Of a stretch of DNA of 64,000 bases, positions 36,701 to 55,900 are shown one piece after another. Position 1 is the stretch's first letter, and each line of letters starts with the position of its first letter. The notes beneath the pieces were generated by a model, which saw only the letters and a program-made list of their open reading frames with translations, was not told the origin of the DNA and did no database searches. Made by a program: the position numbers and the translations under genes. Origin of the DNA: Phallusia mammillata. Its lineage: Eukaryota. Location: positions 22,196,001 through 22,260,000 of the forward strand of contig OZ281500.1 in the NCBI GenBank assembly GCA_965637545.1, written 5' to 3'.

Positions 36701-37710
36701 TTGTGCAGTTTAAGCCTACAACATAACTTAAAAGTAGGAAAAGGAATTTACTGTGAAAATCAAAAACGAAATCAGAACCTAAAACAACCCACCTAAAAGT
36801 ATTACGTCATTTTTTTGCGATCCAAAATTCCGCGAATCGATTTTAGACGCAGCAGGCTAAATAGACAGCTCATGCACCAACTGCTGTGCGGCTGATTCAC
36901 TAAAAACGCTAGGGTTGTTAACTTTTGTGACGCGATGTAGCATATAGTGACGGCATAATGGAAGGTTATTTGACAACGCTGTCAGCCTTTATGAAGTAAT
37001 ATTCCAGGTTGTTTGAGCTGCTTCGTCTCGAGTTATTGAATTTCACCAACAGCGGTGAGGGGCAACCATTGGCATTGTGGCGTAATAATGAGAAGTAGAA
37101 TGTCGCCATTGTCCTTTTGTGACGTACATTGTGATGTTGTTATGACACAAAAGCAATGGAATAGTTGACTAAATATCTTGGACAATGTTCCTGTTGTAGG
37201 TTTTAAAAGTGTAACAGCACTCAATTTTGTTATCTTTTGCAAAATAGATTGGTTTTAGAGAGTTGTTCCTGGGTGAAAATACGCCTCTTTACTAAGATTG
37301 GGTCGTTTTAATGTTGTTGTTTTTTTTATGTCGAAATATATAAATGATAGCAGCAATGTGAATTGATGTTGATAGTTTAATATTGTTTACTATTTTACAA
37401 TGACCTGTAGGTCTTTTCGAGACCCTTGAAAATAAGCATGTACATTTTTACGTGTATCTGAGCCATTATATTCCTTATTACCTAATTCCACTGTTCAAAA
37501 AGAATGCTACCTTTTTGGTCTGAGGTGGCGCACTTGTTGTAAACTGCCACCGTGTCGACAACTGAAAAAATATTTACTATTGACTTATTTGTTTTATTGT
37601 GACAATTTAAAAAAAAACACAATTAAATATATTTGTTCGTTTTTCAGATTTTAAAACACAAACAGCAAATACTAGAGTTGCTGTTTAGTCTTTTACATCC
37701 AACTGTAACA

Positions 37711-37968
37711 ATGGGTGATAATAACACTACAGCTCCAACTCCAACCGCTGCTCCAGGTCCGCCGCTGGAAATTATCCTGCCAGCAGTAATAGGCGGTGTC
37801 GTTCTCATCGTTGCCATTATTGTTATTGTCTGCTGCGTGTGCAGAATCAAGAAGAAACGAGCATTTGAGGGAAAATACAGTCCATCTGGTAATGAAGAAA
37901 AAGGTGGGGTGAGGATGAACGATATGATGAACGTTATTCAGCCTCCGCCACCCGAAAGACTTATCTGA
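37711..37968 (+). CDS. Short Crumbs-family (CRB3-like) membrane protein, 85 aa
   Basis: One coding exon: short N-terminus with an NxT sequon, a hydrophobic TM, a basic stop-transfer segment, FERM-binding EGKYSPS (GxY) and C-terminal PDZ-binding ERLI, as in all Crumbs tails. A splice acceptor at 37647-37648 precedes it and the frame is open from there. Confidence 0.9.
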   Translation: MGDNNTTAPTPTAAPGPPLEIILPAVIGGVVLIVAIIVIVCCVCRIKKKRAFEGKYSPSGNEEKGGVRMNDMMNVIQPPPPERLI

Positions 37969-39217
37969 TCCGAAGAACTCCGAATCGATCCGGAGTTTTC
38001 CGAACTGTGCCGAAAACACGCGAGGAGTGGGTTTTGTTTTCCGAGGCATCAGGATGGTCAAGAATGCCGAAGAGCACTTTAAATTAGGACACAAAATTAT
38101 CGTGAAGACAGCTCTACTTAACTGCTTGTGATATATAACTTGTTTTAACACAACACATTTCAAAGTGTTACATAATAAGTGTATGCATAACACACCTAAC
38201 AACTAGGAATTTACTAAACTATCTTCAAAAATTGTCTGTTGCCCTTGTTATTTTACAGATGGCATTTTGTTTACGTTATGTCATGAATACCAACGGATTT
38301 TTTTGTGTTTTTGATGTCTTTTCGCCAAATACGATTTCTATGCAATTATATTTTTCGTTTTTTATTTCTTTGTATTATTTCGTTTATAGTTATACCATTT
38401 AATGCACGCCTTAAACTAACTTGACAAACGCACACGTTTTTTGTGAATCATGGTGATGTCACACAACAAAAGATAATCCAGTTTTGTTTTCCTAAAAACC
38501 CTAATTAGTACGTAAAGACAAAGAGTTGCCGAAACCTCCAATTCTAAATAACCCTGTCATATTGCTTCCACTTGGTGATCTTTTAACCGATGATTTTATT
38601 TTAGAATTCATGTACTTTTTGCCGCATAAAAGAGAAGTATTACTTGGTTTTCTGGCATTGCATTTTTGATTTTGCGAATACACATAACTTTTACCCAAGA
38701 CTAGTCGTCGCACAAAGTAGGTTTCCATCAAAGGCAATACGAATCAAAGTTGTAAGTAGGGGTGGGTTCGGGCCTAGGTGTTTTAACAAACGGTCTTGAT
38801 TTAGGCCTGACTTTACATTTAGTTTCCGTAGCTAGTTGCTGGACTTAACATAATGTCCAACAACCCTAAAACGCCTTGTTAAAGCCATTATCTGCTTTTG
38901 TCAATGTTCTCTTTACAATGCAGGTCTCTGAATTAAACTTTTAGGCCTAAACGGGCTTCTTGTGATACGGGTTTATACTTTCGGGTGCGGGCTCTAATTT
39001 CTTGCCCGTTTGCAACTCTGTTACGAACAGGAGGGGACAATTTTTCAAAGGGCTCAGTGTGCATGTTTTTTTCTCAGTCGTAGATTTGCAGCCGACCACA
39101 CAAGCCAATCTCTTGCACTTTACTTCGACACAACACAAGCGTTCTATATATTTACAAATAGCACAGTGACGACACAATAGGTCTAAGCGAACAAAGTTTA
39201 AATTGCAGGGGTAGTGA

Positions 39218-41333
39218 TTAGTATTGTTGGACGTAGTTGATCGAAGTGTAGCGATTCTTTATCTTGGCGCTGTACTTGCCCTCTTTCGCCATCTGCCGGC
39301 TGTCGAGTTCACATTGTTTTCGACACTGGATGTCGCAATTTTCCCGATGGCTTTTGATCAGTTGCGCTTGCGATCTGGGATAATACAGGCTGCTACACGT
39401 TAGTAGATGCAATCATAAAGCAAATGAGAGAATAATATTGAGTATTGCCATAAAACAAGGCAAAACGGTTCAAAAATTGAAATTAAAACTTATTAAACCT
39501 TTCTAAACGTAAAATGTGGATAGCAAACAAAAACATATGTTTTTTTCAAATCTAGAGACATGCCAAATATGACTTACTTTCTTGCGTTAAACGTCGTTTA
39601 AGAGCTTATTTTTTACGAGTTTGAACGCAAAAATTGCGCGAAATTGGTTGTAAATAAATGTTGCAAGTGATATAGACCTGTGCAACAGTGATGAAGTTGG
39701 TGTCGCTGGGTCAGCCGACATTTTCTCTGCTACTTCCAAAATCTTCTTTTTTTCATACATCACTAAAAATACAAATTCATTGTCAGTAACTGCTCATAAA
39801 TTGATATGTAATAACCATTAATACATAAAAGATAGTATTTTTTGTGTGACTAAATTTATACTGTAGAAAGTACTTTAGTTTGCCTATTTTTTTCTGACGG
39901 TTTAACCTCAGCGATAACAGTTCACAAATTTCAGATTTCATGTTAAAAGTGGTCAATTTAACGTAAACATTTCACCAAATATTATACGTTGGGTTAGTTA
40001 GTCGATAAAGAAGTAAATAGCCGAATTTTCGTTGTAGCTGTTCTGTTTGAAAGATCCATATATATTTTTGCACTCCCCAATTTCCCATTTATTCTCCAAA
40101 GCCCCTTCATTAATGCAAAATATCGCTGGGGCCCCCTTTCATAACAACTGCATTAAAACAATGTGTACGCGTGTTAAGTGTAGTTTTAGGGCAGGCACAT
40201 ATCGGTGTGATGCTTGAACTAGTGCATTGCTCTTTTAGCGTCTTAAATTGTAATGTTTGAAAATATAGATAACCCTTAACGATGAAACATTACATCGTGC
40301 CCCATGAGTCCTAAATATGTTAGAACACCTTTGCTGTGGGCAAAAATGGTATATTTGTCGGTCGTTACGCATCAATAATCATGTATCTTTTAAATCCATA
40401 ACTGACAATCGTTTGTTTGGTAACAATGGTGTCACTGGCCTGTTCATATTTTTGTGACAATGGTTCTTACTAGTGTTTGAAAGGCGATACTGGCTTACAA
40501 ATGCCATCTGGAAGATGTAACACATGTCAAATACCTACTGGTTTGTTTGACCCCTAAACATTGCAAATATAAGCCTACATCCAAATTCATACCCAGAATT
40601 CAAAACTTTTTTACAGTTTAATGAAAAACTTTTAATAGTCACTAACATGCAGGCCGACTTCTTGACATCTATTAGTTTAATGAAGAGATTTCAAAATCAG
40701 ATAAACTATAAAAAACCATCTCTTTGGTAAAGAAGTGTGTGACCTTTGACACCAGGCTTTAAAATAGGAAACAAATTCGTTTAACTTAATTGCAAATACG
40801 GAATAAATTTGTGTCAATAAATAAATCAGTCCTTCAAATAATTTTTGACATATTTATCACATCGTCAACGCATTTTTATTTGCTCTTCGCAAGCGTAGCT
40901 ACCGGTTACAACACATGACATGAAAATTGACGTGTTTAAATATTGGCAGTTGCAAACCGCAATGGCCCTGTTAAGCCGAATAAAACCTATACCCCTAGAT
41001 TATCATACTTTATTATGTGTTTCCCTGTGGTTTTGTGGAAACTAAAGATGCCTGTTAGGCGAAATATATATACTACATGTAAATTCTTTGACTGATTCTG
41101 TCTGTAAACTATTTTCCATTCCCAGTTACCCCTACATTAAAGAGAAAATTTTAGCAAAGCATTAATACTGTTTAATTCCAGTACTAAAGAAGTGCTCTTA
41201 CGACAGGATGTTAAAACAGTAAAACCATACTTCTTCTACCGTTTGCATCCAGTTCTTGCAATTTCTTTTGTAATTCCAGTTTGCTGTCGACCACAGCCTG
41301 CTTCCGTCTTGCCTCCCAATGCAACGCCGACAT
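39218..41333 (-). CDS. CCDC200: CCDC200-like small coiled-coil protein (114 aa, 3 exons)
   Basis: Exons 41231-41333, 39678-39762, 39218-39374 give 345 nt, with phases 1 and 2 matching and GT-AG ends. N-terminus MSALHWEARRKQ and C-terminus TSINYVQQY resemble human CCDC200 (HWEARRRQ ... STNYIQQW, from memory). Confidence 0.75.
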
Positions 41334-42074
41334 GATTTTTACATTTATTCACCAAATATTTCACAAATTCACTGCCTTACAGCTTATAATCCTAGTTAAA
41401 TAAAACGTAGCACGTCCCTCCAGCCTTGAACAACCAATTCACTCTGTCTCGGGTTTTGTCAACGCACAATAACCATTATGACGTCATAAAGCTAACAATA
41501 GTCTCAATCACAGGCGTTCTGCTGAATACCGAATGTGCGTTCTAAAATGACATCTTTAACAATGAAATCAGGCTAGAAAGGTTAAAAATAACATCCACCA
41601 GTCGAATCTACCTCCGATAGCACATTACTTTGTGCTTTGTTGGTGCAACTGGTAGAAGGCCACTTTTTTGGTCTGCTGATCAAGTTGCCTAAGGGTTGAG
41701 GACTAGTTTTAAGAGTGCTAGAACGGTTTTAAGCCAATCAAAGTGGTGAACTAGTCTTAACTATCTTCAGGTTTAAGAAAGCACGTAGCCTTAAAAAACA
41801 GCTGCTCATTGTGTCAAGAAGTTTGAAGTTTCAGTATGACAAAGGTTTTTGGCATTCTGTTTATTGATGATATTCACATGTTACACTTTCATTACGCATT
41901 CCACACAAAATCTACATCACGCAGGGAAAACCGTATTACTGTACGAATCACTCCTTCATTTTTCGTTGTCTCTTGCAGCTAGCTAACACACATGGATGGG
42001 CATTTACAAGCAATGACTGTGACGTCACAAAGGGGTTTATATACATCACAAACTAGTACACAGGGACAGCACAA

Positions 42075-42430
42075 TAAATACAAACCCGGAAATCAGCTCA
42101 GCGGGGTAAAACGGGGGTCAAGCCTGGCCGCTAGATACCCAATCCAAGCCGGGGCTTTTCACAGGGGTCACTAGGGGCACAGGCGATCCCCCAAAAGCGG
42201 TTTTTCCCCGCCAGAGGGGGCTGATTAGCCGAGAAGGGCTGGGGGAACGCGCCCACCGCCAGACAAGAGGCCCGCGAGCAAAGCCAAGTGCGCCGCAGAG
42301 CAGCAACCTCATCGCTTCAGTTACTGGTTGCTATGACGACGATCTCTTGCCTGGCGGCGTAGTCGTGGCGACGCGGGTAAGTAAAAACAAATGCAGAGGG
42401 GGGTTCACGGTTTAGGGGCGCGAAAAAAGG
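42075..42430 (-). ncRNA. Candidate structured RNA element (class unknown)
   Basis: 62% GC over 42121-42420 in an AT-rich window. Helices 42256-42269/42344-42357, 42301-42308/42326-42333, 42201-42212/42417-42428 and 42113-42192 are visible. Several A-C mismatches on + become G-U pairs on -. No diagnostic Rfam motif was recognised by eye. Confidence 0.45.
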
Positions 42431-43067
42431 CGAAGAACGCATGTTAAAACGCACATGTACAAATATGTATATCCGTTTAAACGTCGACAGGCGCAGATGA
42501 CAATAAAAATGAACCTTGTATTTCATCGTAATCATAAATTAAGGATAGTAGTAGTATAGCGAAGGGCCGTACAACATTTACACGTGTTAGTCTAGCAAAT
42601 TGCCTATTCACAAACAAGCACACACACACAGGTGTGTTATATGCTGCCGAACGTCGAGTTAGCGAAGTATGTACAGCAAATGACGTCATTATTTACACAT
42701 GTGACGTAATCGGCTGGTCACATGACTGGTGAACTACGGGAAGGAATCGAAATGAAGAGCAAAGTCGGAATAATTTTGGACGCAGTGTAAACGCGCGCGC
42801 GTGCAGAAATTTTGGTGTGCAAGGCAATAGTGACGTCACATTGAAGTCACAGTGACGTGTTACTGGCAGATAATTCAGTCAAAAGGGGGGCAGTCGGACC
42901 GCGGAAATTTTGGTTGTTGTGTACAGCTTGGCGTTGGATGTGTTCATTGGGAAGAACTTGATCTAGCCTTGGATGTCTTGTTCTATCGGTGATTATGACG
43001 TCACAAGTAGCATTGACACACAAATAAAATAAAAAGGAGCCAGAAATTTACACACAACAGTCGCTTG

Positions 43068-51976
<8,909 letters not shown>

Positions 51977-52399
51977 GGAACTACTAAGATTGTTTTCTGT
52001 ATACTTCATGCACAGAAGATGGCAAATGGCAAGGTACTGGCGGACTTTCCGTCAGTAACAATGCGTTTTTGGTAAAAACACAAGAAATTAAAAATAAAAC
52101 ACACACTTTTGTTTCTGCAGAAAACAACACAAAGCTTAATAAAAATAAAACAGCACAAACTTTTATCTTAAAGTAACGTTCTATCGTAAATATTCCAGTG
52201 CAGTATGTACACTAGATTTCCCAAGTAACATGAAAAAACATAAAATTATAAACAACAATTTATCAATTCAGCTCAAATTTTAAAACAATCGCAAAACTTC
52301 TGTTTAAATCGACAAGTGGTTAAGTAACAACAATTTGTTTAATTTACAGTTTAAACAAATATAAAATAATTAAAATAAGAAAACGTTATTATTTACGAC

Positions 52400-52993
52400 A
52401 CTAGTTTCAACAAAAAATCTCCAACAATCGTTCTACGTTTCCACAACACGAAGCTTCAAGCCAACGGACAAACCGACAAAAGACTCCTAGCCTCGAAGCA
52501 GCCGTTTAAAGAATAATCATGTGGCCACGAGATTCATTATTTCTTGGTTGCGTCATTACATAATTCGCATGCTTGAAGATGTGTAGCAATTTCTAAAGGT
52601 AAAAATGTACATTTACAACCTTTACAACCACTGTTATGAGGTTAAAAGATAAATTGACTTTCCTATCAAGTTAATATTGACCTGCAAAGTTCTGACTTGC
52701 TGTTTTTGGGTGTGGTTAATTTTGGTCTTGCGTTATTGCATAAATTGCACTTTCTTTTGTTGATTAGCCAGATGCCTTATGTTTTATGTTTGCTTTTAAG
52801 CTGACAAAATTTGTTTTTTATTAAAACATTTGAAATGATGACAAAATATTAATTAACTTTTTTTCTGGATATTGACGTCATACCACAACCGCTTGATTTA
52901 GGTTTTGGTTACACGATACGCGATTTAATAACATTCAAGCGTTTCTTTCTTACGTAAACATTTGTTTTATATTCAGTATTTTGATATGACCAA
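52400..52993. promoter_or_regulatory. Head-to-head interval between AGO and CAPS2 (probable bidirectional promoter)
   Basis: Divergent ATGs at 51976 and 52994; CRE-like tgacgtca at 52873-52880. Function is inferred. Confidence 0.4.
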
Positions 52994-55900
52994 ATGACTG
53001 CAAACGTTCAAAGTGACGGAAAAGGAAAGTTAAAATCTCCAAGACCTGACGGGTAAGTTTTTTGTCTGAATGTTTATGTATATTGCTATTTTTCTTTTGT
53101 TGTTATTTATGTCTAAATCCACTATTTCACAGCGAAAACAACAACCTACTATATACTTTTGTAAACCAACAAGTATACATTTGCTTTTAACAACAGCAAG
53201 TAATATATTTTGATCCTGCAAGTAATAATTTGTGTCAAAGTCAAATTTAGTTTTAAAAGGTCTTAACAAAATTTTTATAAGCTTTTGTTTTGTACAACTT
53301 TTACCTTTTTATACAATACATCTTAAACAGTTTAATGCAATCAATCCTTACTTTGAACATTATTTATCCAGAGTTCCACGCCTGCAACTAGATGCCATAG
53401 TGGGAGATCACCCTGAGGATCGAGACTTGGAAAACCCAATTGCGAAGTACAAAACTTTTCACACTCCTGCATCAAAGTCAACTGTAAGCTGGGGAACCCC
53501 CCATTCTCAACCTTATGCCTTGACACAAAAAGACATTGAATTCGGTGGAACAGTTTATCGCCCCTGCACACATATTGGCCACCAGCGTCCTAATTCAAGG
53601 AGACAACAGCGAAATGTTGGTACTATTATTTATTGTATGTGTTGTACAGTCATGTTATTATGATAATTATGCTTTTAGCCTATAACCCATGAGGAAACCC
53701 CTCATCGAACATCTCCTCATTCACCAAGGCAAAAAGACCAATCAGTTACAGAAAACAAAAGACAACCAATTGTTTCACAATCAGAGTATTCTAGAAACGC
53801 AAAGACACAGCCTCTAAACAAAAGCATCAGTCCTCGGGTAATTTGACGGTCAATTAAAATTTCTTTGGATTACCATAGACATAATATGGCAGTGGTTGCA
53901 GCTTCATATGTTTTCTTGATGCAGGTAAAACCTGCTTCACCAAGACAAGAAATGATAAAGTCACCTCTGCAACAAAAAGGTTGGCTTTTATGCTGTTGTA
54001 AACATAGTATTTGAAATGAACTTCTGTAGCACTGCCCAATGACTGTTTGTTTGTTAGTGTAATACAGTACAATTGTAAAAAAAGTGTATATATATATTTT
54101 GTTTTCAGTTGGGTTTAAATCTCCACCCAAAAAAGGAGAGTATTGGTACCTTGATGACCATCTTAAACCAAAAGCCCAATCCCCTGAGGTAAGACCATGT
54201 TTGGACTTCATTAGTCCACAACTATCTTTTATCAATGTACTATTGATGCAAAATGATAATTTGGATTTTATGTGCTTTGTAATTGGGTGGTAATATATTC
54301 TTTTAGCCAGAGGAAACCGGTTACACAATTGATGAGTTGGCACAAATGCAAGCTGAAAACACCAGCCAACCATATACTGGACTTCATGGAGCAAGAAAAA
54401 GTGCTGCGGTGTGTATTAAACTTTTGCATTGTCATTACTTTCACACAACAATAAATAATGTTTTGAAAGCTCATAGTACAGTTTGGATTGAAATAACAAG
54501 TATGTTTTAGTGGTTTCAATTTCTGATAAATCTTAACCAAAAATAAAAACCAAACAACAGAATTGGCTAAATTGGGTTCAAACTGAAACCGGATATGTGG
54601 CAGTTTTGCTGAATAAACTCAGCTGATTTAACGAATCTTTTATGAATGATACTAAATCTTTGTAAAAATGGCTGATTTGCTGAAAAACATTTAGTACATC
54701 ACTTAAGCGTATTACATAAAGTTGCAACTGTGCAATAGGAAGATGACATGGCCAAAAAGCAGAAAGAAGAAATCATGGAGCAAGTTTTGGTCGATCAACT
54801 GTCTCGTCATGTGATAAGCGACGTTGAACAAGATCGCGATCCAGCAAGACAAAACCCAGCTGATCCTTCTTCCATGTATAACACTGCCCCAATTCGATTC
54901 AGATCCCGACGTCTTCATGACACCAAGTAAGAAATTACAATGCCAGGTCAAATGAGATCATGCTGGTTAAAACAAATTGTAGTTGACTCTTACTTAAATG
55001 TGCGCACTACAATGGTTTAGATCAGTGGTTCTCAAACTTGGTTTTCAGGGCCGCATGCGGCTCCCAACTACTTATTTTGCGGCTCGCTCCAGACCTCAGA
55101 AAACCACCAAACATTGCTATTTTAGCTTTCAAAGTCATCTTCTTTAGTGACTTTCTCAAGGTTTCGTTTTTTTGCGGCTCCCTTCACACTTAAAAAATAC
55201 CATTTGGCCCCGACAATAAAAAAGTTTGAGAACCACTGGTTTAGATGCAAGAAAAGTATTTGAAAAATATCTGGTGGTTTTTGAGGCAATAAACTTGCTA
55301 CTAGATCTAGAGATGTAAAAAATCTAGCTGTTAAGCAACCAATTTAATGAAAACAAAACCATATTACAAACATTTGTCTTTTTCCAGTCGATAATATTGT
55401 TTAAGTGTGTAAGATTTTCATGTATTGCTAATAAGGTGTGAAGTAGCACATCTTAATCTACACAATATCTTGTGCAAAATTCTCTTGTTAATTTTCAGGG
55501 TAAGTACAGCAGGTGCAGTAACAGAATCCAAGTTAAAAGACAGAATCACGTTTGGAGCCAGGTTACTTACAAGAAACGGCCGAGACGCACTGAGAGATTT
55601 GTTTGGGTTTTATTTTCACACTGATCAAACTCTCACTGTATATGAGTACAGACTGTTTGGCAAAAAGTATGTGCTTGTTTTTTGCATTTGCATAATTGAA
55701 ATGAGTTGTTGTGACCAGTTGTTTCACTTATGGAGTTGGTAACAGAATATCAATGTTTAGTGCTTCAGTGTATGTAGACAATCATATTGCCTGTTACAAT
55801 CTACACAAATACAAGAATCTGACTTTTAGTTAACACAACATTTTCATATTAGTGTGGTATTGACATTATTGGATTCCAAAGTCATACTTTTAGCAAACTG

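Noticed and set aside
42127-42152. RNase MRP/P-like P4 motif (acccaatccaagccggggctt on +, gaaaagccccgg on -)
   Set aside because: The partner P4 strand is missing at the required distance on either strand.
42181-42350. 7SK-like GAUC motifs
   Set aside because: The two GATC sites cannot form the GCGAUC/GAUCGC stem on one strand, and internal T-runs would stop Pol III.
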